DNA of 63,741 nucleotides, filler included, from Globobulimina sp. (GCA_003354225.1; 36 parts of 36 records of this genome joined end to end with filler, not necessarily neighbours in it), one strand, 5' to 3'. Shown: positions 37,251 to 49,661, numbered from the whole stretch's first letter. Numbers and translations: made by a program. The notes: generated from the sequence alone by a model not told the origin.

Positions 37251-38290
37251 ATCCATGAAAAATGAAAAAAATCGATGGAAAATGAAAAAAGCCATGAAAA
37301 TGAGAAAAATCCATGAAAAATGAGAAAAAAAAAACTTGTTATTTATTTATTTATTCGAGATAAATATTCTGACTTCGTACTTTCTGTTTCAAAATCATAA
37401 TTCATGGTATTGAGAATCTCTTTCTAAACCCAACATGAACTTCGCATTCTTGTTCCTCTTGGGGATAAAAAGATCTGATATCTCGGATGGATGTCATATC
37501 TCGGATCTCGGATAATTTTTGAAAATGAGAATAATCCATGAAAAATGAGAATAATCCATGAAAATGGGAATAATCCATGAAAATGAGGATAATCCATGAA
37601 AATGCGAATAATCCATGAAAATGAGGATATTCCATGAAAATGAGGATAATCCATGAAAATGAGAATATTCCATGAAAATGAGGATAATCGATGAAAATGA
37701 GAATAATCCATGAAAAATGACATTCCTAGTACTGAGACATTCAAAAAACATATTGTTATCAAATTTTTTTGAATAATCCATGAAAATGAGAATAATCAAT
37801 GAAAAATGAGAAATCCATGAAAAATAACCAATAATCCACGAAAATGAGAAATAATCCATGAAAAATGAGAATAATCCATGAAAAATGAGAATTCCATGAA
37901 AAATGAGAAATCCATGAAAAATAACCAATAATCCATGAAAATGACAAATAATCCATGAAAAATGATAAAAATCCATGAAAATGAGAATAATCCATGAAAA
38001 ATGAGAAATCCATGAAAAATGAGAATAATCCATGAAAAGTGACACACTCAAAGCATAATTGGTGTACTAGTGGTTGTCAGTTTCAAAAAATTAATTTAGA
38101 ATTGAGAAATTTCTTAAAATGGCAATAATCCATGAAAATGAGAATAATCCATGAAAAATGAGAATAATCCATGAAAATGACAATAATCCATGAAAAATGA
38201 CTAAAATCCATGAAAATGAGAATAATAGATGAAAAATGAGAATAATCCATGAAAAATGACAATAATCGAGAATAATTCATGAAAATCAGA
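37251..38290. repeat. Minisatellite arrays, unit about 17-20 bp (GAATAATCCATGAAAA(A)TGA)
   Basis: Dozens of near-identical adjacent units in four blocks with no unique spacers. Confidence 0.95.
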
Positions 38291-38569
38291 ATATTTACGA
38301 TATTTGATAGATTTTACTACACTTTGTTCGCGAAAAGTTCCACCAGTGGAAATTCGAAAATGTCGGGGAAAAATTTCGGGGAGGGGGTCAAAAAAATTTT
38401 AAGTGAAAAACTTTTTAGTGACTCACTCAAAGCATAATTGGTGTACTACGTACGTACGTACGTGACTAAATAAAACACCGAACTTCGTGGTTGTGAGTTT
38501 CAAAAAATTAATTTAGAATTGAGAAATCTCTTATAAACCCTAGATTGAATCACTTTGTTAGATTCCTCT

Positions 38570-38794
38570 AGGGGATAAAAAATATTATGATTAGTCATCA
38601 AAAAAATTCATGACAAAAAAAATGTTTTGCTTAGTAATCAAAATCACCATTTAAAAATCACCATATTTTCAGTGCAAGGATAAAAATCTTGCCTCCTGGG
38701 TGCTTGCCTCTGTGCTCCTTGCCTCCATGCTTCTTGCCTCTGGGTCTATCGACCCGCAATGCTACTGTGTTGCCCCCTCTATATATGTTAATAA
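38570..38794. repeat. Dispersed repeat family also present in contig 7 (10779-10854 and 12054-12136)
   Basis: Reverse-complement matches such as TTTTTATCCTTGCACTGAAAAT and the GGGGCAACA...GACCCAGAGGCAAG block. Confidence 0.75.
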
Positions 38795-39113
38795 TTATGA
38801 TGATGGGCTTGCACTCGCTCATCATCATATTCATCCAAATCATTATCTTCCACTTTTTCTTCTTTCTATTCAATCCGTAGTGGTTTATCACCACCAATTC
38901 TTCAATTCCTTTTTTCCAATTTTNNNNNNNNNNNNNNNNNNNNNNNNNNNNNNNNNNNNNNNNNNNNTTAATTAATTAANNNNNNNNNNNNNNNNNNNNN
39001 NNNNNNNNNNNNNNNNNNNNNNNAAAGGTTCGTTCTTGCTAAAAACAAAACGTTCGCAACAGTTTAATTATAACTGGATTTTTCCGTTGTTGTTTTTCCG
39101 TTCAAGTAATACC

Positions 39114-40533
39114 ATGTTCACCATGCCAGAGTTATTTCTGGTGTTTTGGTTATGTTGCTACACCATTTCAAGTATGATATTGGTACATTGTCAACTTAAA
39201 AAGACAGTTTGCAAATATATATCATAAAACAGTTTGCAACAGCCATACAATCTATTGTGACACATATAGAAAATGTCTTAACGATGTAACATTAGCATGT
39301 ATCGATGATGGTTCTGATTGTACTCTATATTGCGGACCCACAGGCAATAAAGGATGTGATTCTGCAGTGTTTAACTGTGGCAATGGAAGGGGCTGCACAG
39401 TAATCTGTCAGAATTTTGAAGCATGTAAAAACATCACAATCAACGCAAACGATGCAACGTTTCTTAACGTTGAATCGCGCTTTCATGCGGATGCGGCTGG
39501 GCAAAATGAACTAATGGATGCAACCATAAATTGTGGCACAACGCCATTATGCAATGTACAATGTACTGACCGATTCCGTTCATGTTATAACACAAATATA
39601 AATGCAGAGAGTGCTGGCCGTCTCAACGTAACTTGTGCTGTCGGCAATGTTAATGAACATTGTAGTTACTCAACCATAAAATGTCCAAAATCTACACCAG
39701 CCTGCTATATATATGCGGACGATTCCATGTTTTCGATGTCAATATATTCTCAATTAGGATTCAATGGCGTTGAAATATGTGCAAGTGCACCAACACAATC
39801 TATTGGAACATTATATTGCCAATCAGGGTATACACAAAGTTGTGTGGTTGATGCAACAGATCCCAATGTATGTCAAACTACAAATGCATGTGATAGTGAT
39901 GGAGGAGCAGTGATGACTTGCACTGATAACCCCATACTACAAACACCTGCACCTACTATTAACCCGACACCTGTACCCACTGCAAATACAACACCACCCC
40001 CTACATCTACACCAACTAAAACCCCAACACTGACCATTATTATATCCAGTTATTCCAGTACTTATTCAATGGACACGGTTTATGTGAAAGTGGATAATGA
40101 TAGAATTGTACGGATTGCTCTTATTTTTGTTGCAGTAGTGATTGTTTTATTTTTACTGATTGCTGTGTTGTTCATTCGTATCAAGAAATTAGGGCAGAGT
40201 GTCGCCGATAACATTGAAATGGATGTGAAAAAAATGAAAAAAATGGAAAAAATTGCAAGTTTTTCATCAGAAAACCAAAATGATGACATTGACGTGTTGG
40301 CACCGATGGTAATTCCAGTTATAGTGTCTGAAGAAGGATGCATTGGGAAACAGTATAAAAATAATGAAGGAGGAATTGATGACATAATTGACATTGTGAA
40401 TCAAGTATTTGTAGATGATGAAATTGTGAATGCGGTAAACAAAACAAATGATGAATTTATTATTGACTGCAATGTAATTGTAACGGGAAGGGAGAGCGTA
40501 GCATCCTCGCACAATCAAATAAATGTAAAATAA
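39114..40533 (+). CDS. Cys-rich cell-surface protein (signal peptide, Cys repeats, P/T stalk, TM helix); intron 39172-39232
   Basis: Repeating C..C.I.C units, PTINPTPVPT stalk, hydrophobic TM, spliced signal peptide. Confidence 0.8.
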
Positions 40534-40796
40534 TATCTATTATAAAGTGTATTAACGATTTCAGATTTTAAGCACGTTGTTTGTCATCAGGGCTGAGAAT
40601 GTGAAATGAAATTTATCCATTGTGTTTGAAGTAAAAAATCTTTTTGTGTTTTTGTCATTTTTGTCAGATATTGGGATAAATTCAATTCTCATTTTANNNN
40701 NNNNNNNNNNNNNNNNNNNNNNNNNNNNNNNNNNNNNNNNTTAATTAATTAANNNNNNNNNNNNNNNNNNNNNNNNNNNNNNNNNNNNNNNNNNNN

Positions 40797-42469
40797 GTAA
40801 TTGGCGCGAATTCTTCTTCAACCATTTCATGTGTTTGCCGTAGACGATGCAAATCAAATCGCCTTTGATCTCTTTGATAATGCCCTCGACCCAATCTTGC
40901 CGACTGCTGCTGTAGATATCCACCACTGTCCCGATTCGCAATTTCAATTTGATTTTCGTGTTCTTTTTCTCGTCTGCTGCATACATTGATTTTAATAGTT
41001 CCATTCCGCTCAATTCAGGTTCTTTCTTTTCAGCCACTTCTGCTTTTACTACGGCAGGTATCTGAGCGGCAGCTGGCGGCGCACTTGCGTACACTTCTGG
41101 TTTTTGAATGTTTATAACATCGGCATTCTCCGCCAATTGGTCTTCGTCCATCATTGGGATCTCAAAATCCTGACATTTTACACAAAAAAAACAAATCAAA
41201 ATCAAATTGTTCGGATTTTTATTTGTTTGATTTGGTTGGAACTGTAAAATATATCAGTTATAAAAACATACATCAAAAATATGGACATCCTCATCCTCGT
41301 CACCAGCATCCACCAATTCATTCGGTGGAATTACGTCAACATCATCACCACCAACAACTTCTTCAATCGACGATTCCTCAAATTCTTCCTCTTCCTCATC
41401 CTCATCTTCCTCCTCTTCGTCATCTTGTTTTTTCTTTTTCTCTCTGCTCAACATTACCATTCCTCCTCCACCACCGCCATTTTTCTTACTTTTCACTTCA
41501 TTCTGTACCTTTATTTCTATTTTGTCGATATATATACATCGCACAGTGCAGTGCAGCGATACTCATACATGGAGAGTCAAACCTTTTTGCGGAGGATCCG
41601 GTAACTCCCAGCCACTGATCCCAGCAAACACATCTCCAGAGTTCGCAGAGGTATGTTTGGAAGGAGTCAGCGGTGACTTAGGCACATTGGAGTTTGCATT
41701 CACAGCAAGGCCGACCTCATTTATCTTAATTTTAGGTTTGCTATTTCCGCGGGCAAGCTCCAATAACACATTATCATCTTCATCCGCTGCGGGCTCCTCT
41801 CGAGCGGCCTCCTTTTGCTCCACAGCCTGAGCTTGCAACGGCGAGTGCGGTGTCACGTCATTGCCCAACACAAAGCCGCACATTCTGCAGCAATTTGTCT
41901 TGGTGTTGTGGTACTGGCAGGCACTGCAAACCCATGTGTGTTCAGGTTGGAGTGAGACGCGTCCACTCTTTGCCTTTGCACTCAGCGGCTCGTCGCTCGG
42001 TTGCTCAGACAAGCACATATGGCAATGGCTAATATCTTGCGCATTGACAAAGGTGCAGGTACTGCAAATCCAGTCAGTCTCGCCTGGCCGCACTGCATTG
42101 CACATATGGCACTCCTTCAAGTTGCCTTTCACTTCCACTCCGCAGGAATGACACAGCCAATCTCCTTTCTTATTCACCTGAAAACAGATGAAAGCGTCGC
42201 ATTTCAGTGCGAGCCGAGAAGTACGTATCGCAAATTCGCAAGGATATATACCTGGTTTTTTAGCTTTTGCAGGAAATTTTGCATATCTTCGTCGCTGGCA
42301 CGTGGCTCGTCGTTCATATTAATTTGGGCAGACGAAGTGCGCTCGATTTCATCCATCGGCTGCAACGAGTTGGATAAGGCGACATTATCGCTATTTAGAT
42401 TATTTTTTTGTAGCTCAGACTTATCAGAGTCAGAATCAGAGCCTTCCAGCAAATGGTCAATGCCAATGC
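40797..42469 (-). CDS. Multi-RanBP2 zinc finger protein with acidic tract and small beta-barrel-like C-terminal domain; introns 42178-42251, 41517-41582, 41170-41271
   Basis: Three W.C..C...N...C..C-type fingers; three GT-AG introns join the ORFs in frame; IGTVVDIYSSSRQDWVEGII. Confidence 0.78.
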
Positions 42470-42895
42470 NNNNNNNNNNNNNNNNNNNNNNNNNNNNNNN
42501 NNNNNNNNNNNNNTTAATTAATTAANNNNNNNNNNNNNNNNNNNNNNNNNNNNNNNNNNNNNNNNNNNNATCTTTTGCATGCACTGCTTTTTTTGCCAAG
42601 GATGTTTCTGCTTTTTTTGTTATCTTTAATTGACGGACCCATCTCGCAGTAGACGGATATGTGTATGATGTGTTACCATCGCGTACATCACTGCCAATCG
42701 CTGCTTTTAAAACGTCATTAATCAATGGGTGATCACCTGCGTATTTTGAACGATATGCATAATCACAATGATTGCCTGGACCATAATCACAATTATTTGA
42801 TAATCGTATCATTTTACCAGTTTGAATATTTATTACTTGGGGAAAGTTGACATTATCCATGTAGTCTGTACTAAGGTAATAACTGTTTTTCGATC

Positions 42896-43741
42896 ATGGG
42901 CACTGCAAATCGAAATTATGTGATTCTTTCATTGAATTTGTCAGATGTGGGATTAATATTGGTTTTCGCAGTAATAATCCAATCACTCAAAGCAATATGT
43001 ATGAAGCGATTGGGTCCAGTAATCGGCAGTGAGATATTAAAATTGCAGCCTGAGAAAAGAATAAAATTTACCAAGAACTTTTGGCAGCTCTTGGCGCGCT
43101 CTTTTAGTTTGGTGGTTGGATTATATTTATTAATACCAAGTGATTTTTGGATCTCTATTTGGAATCCATTTAATAAGCAATATGGCACCTCATTATTCTG
43201 GACGAATGTCAATGAATCTCCCCCTTTTGGAATACGTTTATTCCTCTTTTTTAAAATTGGATTTTTTGGCAGTGACCTCATGTATTTTATATTAATTAGC
43301 GGACCAAAAAAGAGAGTAGATTTTATAATGTACTGTGTGCATCATATTTTTATGTGTGTGTTAATATTATTGTCTTATTCAGCACCGCCAGCTTGGAAAA
43401 TTTGTAGTGGTATATTACTGATTCAGGAGGTCAGTGAAGTTGCAATTCGTGTTTGTATCACATTACGTGACCTCGGATATGAATTAATTCCGGATATTCT
43501 GAATGCGATTAATATTTTAGTAACGATCATAACGAAAATAATTTGGACTGCACGAATTTGTGTAAGTTTATACATTGATGGTGAAGGACGTGAAGGATCT
43601 TATTATCTGAAAGCCACATATTCAATATTAGCGTGGACATTGTATACGTTTCAGATTTATTGGACATACACATATTTATTGCGATTTTTTTGGATGGAAA
43701 TAATTCCAAAGTATAAACCTATTAAATCAAAGACGAAATAA
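42896..43741 (+). CDS. TLC-domain protein, ceramide synthase (LAG1)-like
   Basis: KFTKNFWQ, RVDFIMYCVHH, LILLSY, FQIYW. Confidence 0.8.
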   Translation: MGTANRNYVILSLNLSDVGLILVFAVIIQSLKAICMKRLGPVIGSEILKLQPEKRIKFTKNFWQLLARSFSLVVGLYLLIPSDFWISIWNPFNKQYGTSLFWTNVNESPPFGIRLFLFFKIGFFGSDLMYFILISGPKKRVDFIMYCVHHIFMCVLILLSYSAPPAWKICSGILLIQEVSEVAIRVCITLRDLGYELIPDILNAINILVTIITKIIWTARICVSLYIDGEGREGSYYLKATYSILAWTLYTFQIYWTYTYLLRFFWMEIIPKYKPIKSKTK

Positions 43742-45369
43742 ATAAATAAGTTTTCATATTTGGTACGATTCAGATTAAAATCGGGAATTCGCATTGTTTA
43801 ATTTTATAACTTTATAGCATTAGGAAAAAGTAATTTGATGAATTGTCCAAATATGTATTCTATATTATGCTCTTTTTCTGTGTACAAATCCTGCTCCGCG
43901 CGCTAGCCGCTGTGACCAAAAAAACCAATGACAAAAGACAAAAGACATCCAAAATCCTATCATTCATTCTTTTTGTTTGTTTGCAATTGTATTCTTTTCA
44001 ATGAATAGCGGATTTTCCACTATATGACTGTCTCTAGTCGTTGGCCATGCATTCATTGCAACAACATATGTGTATATGTGTTTTTTGAAGGTTTTCAACT
44101 TACTTCAACTGTATTTTTAGTACATTTTATTTCTATCAATCCTTTCGTTACTTTTATTTTGTGATTGTCAATCCGTTTGGTGGGAGATGTTGGCGCAAGA
44201 GACGCTTATGCCTTCATCCCTGGTCTCATTGATCATTATATTNNNNNNNNNNNNNNNNNNNNNNNNNNNNNNNNNNNNNNNNNNNNTTAATTAATTAANN
44301 NNNNNNNNNNNNNNNNNNNNNNNNNNNNNNNNNNNNNNNNNNCATTGTCCCCGACATTCGCATATTAATTATTTAAAAATGTGCGGCATTTGAGGATTTT
44401 ATACGAAATATCACGACGAATCCCCAAATCGAAAGGGTCCGAAGGGACGGCAATATAGCCCTTGCAGCGGGCGCTTCTGATACCCATCAAAACCATGCAA
44501 CGAGCAACAATGAACAGACTGAGCCAATGGACATTGACAAATTCAATCCGCAAAGCGAATGCCTCAAAACGTGCATGCGCAGTGAGGGACCGATGAACGG
44601 TTTCAATGGACACACAGCAGGACACTACGGCGAATGCTTTATGAATTGCACAAAGCCATGGCATCTGACAATGGCCAGGATGCGCTCAAACGTCACATAA
44701 TATGATGAGCACAGTTTGATATGTAATTATTTGCATCTTCAACGACGACGAAAAATATTTGCGTTCAATACCAGAAATTAAATATTTGCGTAAATAATAC
44801 CCGAATCGCCATCACCATCGCCGTCATCATCTATTTATTGTACTTGAAAAACAAAACAAAACAAAAAAATAAAAGAAGAAAGTGATAACACAAAAAATAC
44901 CTTGTTATTTATATTGATAAATAATTGCGTGATAGCCGAAATTGCGTAATGAATGATCCATTAATTGTTCATCATCGCCATGTATCGAATTTGATTGAAT
45001 TGGCCATCGAGGCCATTATGATGATCTATCCAAACATCAATTGATTACCAATCAATCAATGGATGGACTGGGTCCAAGTAAGGAACCCATGGTTGCCGAG
45101 GACGAGACAAAGAGAGAGAGTTTTTGTTTGATGAAAGTTGAAGTAAAGACCTTAAAATTAAAAGAACTTCAAACTTTCCTGAAAAAAAGGGAGTAATGTG
45201 GTATATTGACCTTTGTACCCCTATTGTAAGCCCCTTAGTTCACTACTTTAGTATCTTAGACCTTAGCTAGTCACTAACCCATTCTACCTATACTCCACTG
45301 AATACCACAAGCATGTTCTTTTTTTACCGCACAAAAGCAATAAAATGAACAAAAAAACACAACAAAAAG

Positions 45370-46015
45370 TCAAAATGCATCTAACTGTTTTTTTTCATTT
45401 TGAAATGACTCAGTCTTTTGCAATAACATTTGTATTTTCAATTGTTTAGCAACATCCGAAAACGTTTGTTTTTCGTTTGATTTTAATAAAGATAATGCAG
45501 TCAATGCGACGGTTGAACAGTATGAATGATACACACTGTCATTAATTTCAAATGGTTTTGGCAATATTGATTTGTATGGAGTTAATAATCCAATCGACAT
45601 TATAAGCAATGAATATCCAATGCGCACAAAAAATACGCTGTACAATCCCATAAATAATGCACTAAAAAAAGTGGATAACGAATCAATTAAAGTTATAAAC
45701 CAAAAACATTTAACATTTCTCAGTGTTAATATTTTATTTGTATTGCCTCGCAATATACAATAATCAAATATTTTCAATCCAATCAATGGCCAAATCATAC
45801 GTATTGTCCATTGAAATATAAACAACAAAAAATCGAGAACTTGTGTCCAATCACCGATAATTATAAAATATATAAGAATTACAATAATCATAATTGGTAT
45901 TAACACAATAATAAATAAGGCATTACATCCTAAGGTAACACATAACGGATAAACAAATACAAATTGATATGCATTCATTATACGACATCGTTTCACATTT
46001 GCAATGATATATTGA
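45370..46015 (-). CDS. Membrane protein resembling the STRA6/RBP-receptor C-terminal region, 5' partial
   Basis: LRN..F...GLY..FVRI..SL...SILPKPFEINDSVYHSY recalls STRA6 SLLP....LDPGY.TY. Confidence 0.45.
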
Positions 46016-46115
46016 NNNNNNNNNNNNNNNNNNNNNNNNNNNNNNNNNNNNNNNNNNNNTTAATTAATTAANNNNNNNNNNNNNNNNNNNNNNNNNNNNN
46101 NNNNNNNNNNNNNNN

Positions 46116-46545
46116 GTTGCATTGAATCTAATTCATGTCCAAAATCATATATTTGACACCAAATTTCTCCGTTTTTCTGTAATAATTTGCTACCATTGAA
46201 TCGTCCGGAAATTGCCTCGTTTGTGCTGCAATCAGTGATATTGTTTATAGGTCGTTGGAATGAACTACCATCGCATCCGGAACATCGATCAACATATACA
46301 ACTAAATTTAATTCATCTCTCGTGGCTGTATTTTGTCTCATCGCTTCTAAGTTATATGCTGCGAAGTAATCTAAATTATTATCTGCGACCAGATAAACAA
46401 AATGCGTCCATACAGCTTTGGATTGCATTAATTGAATGTTTGGCCATGCATTTGTTTTGCCATTATATGTGGAGGCACCAGCATTGCTACTTTTTGACTG
46501 AGATATAACCAGTAAAAGAGTGAAAGCATTGAAAAAATTCGACAT
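46116..46545 (-). CDS. Secreted clostripain-like cysteine peptidase (C11), 3' partial
   Basis: Signal peptide, then WTHFVYLVADNNL, NLEAM, LNLVVYVDR. Confidence 0.78.
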
Positions 46546-46684
46546 TGTTATCGAGGAATAAAAGCTTTGGTTGATGATTTACACTTTATTTTGGCAGCAC
46601 TTTATTTTGACATTACTCAAATTATGGGATATATATCGATACATATGGGAAATATCAGATGTTTCATAGATCCAAAAGTGGAAA

Positions 46685-47788
46685 TCAATACATCCAAAAC
46701 GTGACAGCATATCTATGAAAATATGTCGGCATTACTTGATGTGGCAACCATTGACTATTAAATAATATCATTCGCCCACCCAATGGCTCAATATCTTTAT
46801 ATATATTATTCCCTAAATGTATCCTCAAACATCCACCATATTTATCCATATCATATGCATCATCAAACAAATTAAAATATATTAAACATGTTAATCTTCT
46901 CTTTGTTTTGCCTTTATTCTTTTTAATATTTGGTGGTTCGTCAATATGTGTCACATATTTTGCTCCATTCCCAGCATATAACGTTGCTTGAACTTGTGTT
47001 GTATTTGAATTGAATTCAATTAATTTGTTTAATTGCACCCGTATATAATCTATAGATATAACACATTTTTTTAATGATTTGCCAATGTCTTTATCATCGC
47101 TATGCAACCAACAATGTAAATCATTTCTGATCAATGATGACATCCATTTGTTTGTTTTTGATATTGTACCAAATGGTAAAATGCCACCAATACATTTCCA
47201 TGCCAATTCTTCCAATTTATCATTATCAGAAACATTTGTTGCTGGCGCCACATAATAAATTGTCACAAACTTCATTGATTCCATATATTTAAAAAGTATC
47301 CAACAACACTCCGATTCTATAAACAGCGATAATTTCGGTGTAGTTTTGATTTTTACCATTACAAATTCATGGTTTTTAATAAAACAAATATCTGATACAA
47401 TCTTGAAATGTGTCTCTAACACTGACAAATCAGTACACATTTCGTATATTCCATTAATTTCAGAAGTTGCACTGTTTGATATTTCAATATTATCACTGTT
47501 TGCTGTCCCACTTAATCTGCGCAAGCCGGCTTTCTTCATTTTGCCATTTTCATTCATTAAATTGATTTCATTTTGAACATTTTTAATTAATTGTTGATGT
47601 TTAACAAAATTGTCAACCACAACATATCCATTTTTATGTAAGTGTAATATTTGAGAAGTTGATAATGGAAATTTGGTTGGATTTGAATTATGTTTATTTA
47701 GTGATTCTAAATTTTTTATAGCTGCTTCATTCAATAATAATGGCGGGCATTTTGTTGGTGGTTCACATTCAAATAATGTGCTTGAACT
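46685..47788 (-). CDS. 2OG-Fe(II) prolyl hydroxylase, EGLN/PHD-like, 5' partial
   Basis: GYVVVDNF, IRND...W, YAGNGAKYVTHID, RRLTCLIYFN, GGCLRI, PHQVMP, RYAVTFW. Confidence 0.85.
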   Translation of the reverse strand, partial: SSSTLFECEPPTKCPPLLLNEAAIKNLESLNKHNSNPTKFPLSTSQILHLHKNGYVVVDNFVKHQQLIKNVQNEINLMNENGKMKKAGLRRLSGTANSDNIEISNSATSEINGIYEMCTDLSVLETHFKIVSDICFIKNHEFVMVKIKTTPKLSLFIESECCWILFKYMESMKFVTIYYVAPATNVSDNDKLEELAWKCIGGILPFGTISKTNKWMSSLIRNDLHCWLHSDDKDIGKSLKKCVISIDYIRVQLNKLIEFNSNTTQVQATLYAGNGAKYVTHIDEPPNIKKNKGKTKRRLTCLIYFNLFDDAYDMDKYGGCLRIHLGNNIYKDIEPLGGRMILFNSQWLPHQVMPTYFHRYAVTFWMY

Positions 47789-47888
47789 NNNNNNNNNNNN
47801 NNNNNNNNNNNNNNNNNNNNNNNNNNNNNNNNTTAATTAATTAANNNNNNNNNNNNNNNNNNNNNNNNNNNNNNNNNNNNNNNNNNNN

Positions 47889-48686
47889 GACACAGTCGTT
47901 GATGGAGAGAGCTTTGCAGCCATTACAGGCAAAGCCGCAGATATCAAAGTTATGCATAGTGACATCAGATATTATTACGTTGTCTGCATTGTTGCCGTGA
48001 ATGGCGTGGTGAGAGGTTAAGCCCAAGAAGCCATTTTTTATTTGGATATTAGACGGGTAGATCTCTGGTGTGTTGTCGTAGGATGACAAGCCTTGTCCCG
48101 CTACGAACTGTCGATTGCCTAACTCGATTAGGGTGAAAAATCGTTGTTGTACATAAAATGTATAATCCATTTCGATGTTGTGTCCGTTTAAATCAATGAT
48201 AACATCATCAGATTCGACGGTGATTCCGGCGAAAAAGCCCAAGGAATATAAGCCATTGTAAGTGTATAAGCCGTCGTATTGGTTTTCCTGCGATTTGGAC
48301 GGAAACCAGGGCATGTTGTCGGTATCGTAATTGTTTGGCGACCACAATTCATCGGATAGATCGGCGGAGGTTGGCGCGTTGAAATTAAATCGCAAGTCGT
48401 CAGTGATTATGTAGTATCCTGGCTCGGTTATTCGATAGGTTCCGTACAATATGTCAGACTGTGCGATGTAGATTGTGTTTGTAGTTGGAATGCTTAGCTC
48501 GTCTGCAGGCGCTAACACTGATGGTAACTGTTTATATGTATTTGAATTTAATTGGATTTAACGGAAATACGATATATACGAATTGCGATTTTGCGAGTTA
48601 AAACGTGCGAATACCTTTGATTGTTTTGAATGAACAGATGACAGACTCAATAATGTGCATAAGCCAATATAGAGAACATTTCGCAT
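47889..48686 (-). CDS. Secreted right-handed beta-helix protein, 3' partial; intron 48528-48614
   Basis: Signal-peptide exon spliced to TYRITEPGYY..., GFFAGITVESDDVIIDLNGH, IKNGFLGLTSHHAIHGN. Confidence 0.7.
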
Positions 48687-48967
48687 GATACAATGATTAA
48701 TTTGTTTTAGATAAATAGAAGAGATTCACGTTGACATGGTTGAAATTACAAACAGCTCACTTCGAAAAAGCTTAAAAACGTTGTGATATTATGTGATTTA
48801 GAAAATGTTTCTCGCTTGCAGAGTTACTGGTTTATGAACTTTTAATGTTTACAAAAATTATCATACAGAGATTGCTACAAACAACAAACTCGATAAATAT
48901 AAATATGAATCCCCAGATCCCAGTCATCCCAGAAAGGAAAATGAATTTAATGTGAAGTTATTTGTTG

Positions 48968-49561
48968 TCATGCAAGTAATTTGAATATTTTTGTTATTGA
49001 GAGCCATGCACCAAAATGAATGCAGATAATATTTAATTGTATATCATTAGTGATGGTATAATGAAACATATCCATATTCATTGTTATTGCCAATATCAAT
49101 GATTTAATGCAATATACAAAAACTAAATCAATTGCATTGTCACAAATAAACAAAAATAACACCAAAAATATGATAAGCATTGTTTGTCGACCAAATAGTA
49201 ACCATTTGTTGGTATTATTGTTATTATTATAATATAAATTGTATAAATCATCACAAAAATGGGACATAAATAATCCAAATGATAGCCATTCATTTAATTT
49301 AAAATTCAATTCATAATCACTTGGCAGTCCATACAAAACCGATAAAAAACAACCCAAAATACTTACTAATACAAAAAATGCATTTATTGCATTGAATTTA
49401 ATATAAATAATCTCCGTCTCCACATCCAAATAATATCTACAAGTCGTGTAAAATACGAATGATAACATAAATACGACAAAATGATTTGATATTTTTAGCC
49501 ATGAAAACAAATGCAATAAAAATATACACAAAAATATAAATAACGTACAATAAATATGCTT
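48968..49561 (-). CDS. Multi-pass membrane protein fragment
   Basis: Hydrophobic ORF to the contig edge. Confidence 0.5.
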   Translation of the reverse strand, partial: KHIYCTLFIFLCIFLLHLFSWLKISNHFVVFMLSFVFYTTCRYYLDVETEIIYIKFNAINAFFVLVSILGCFLSVLYGLPSDYELNFKLNEWLSFGLFMSHFCDDLYNLYYNNNNNTNKWLLFGRQTMLIIFLVLFLFICDNAIDLVFVYCIKSLILAITMNMDMFHYTITNDIQLNIICIHFGAWLSITKIFKLLA

Positions 49562-49661
49562 NNNNNNNNNNNNNNNNNNNNNNNNNNNNNNNNNNNNNNN
49601 NNNNNTTAATTAATTAANNNNNNNNNNNNNNNNNNNNNNNNNNNNNNNNNNNNNNNNNNNN

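Noticed and set aside
37402-38280. Several FMDYSHF-repeat ORFs
   Set aside because: Translation by-products of the minisatellite
37251-38290. CRISPR array
   Set aside because: Units are directly adjacent with no unique spacers and no cas genes; it is a minisatellite
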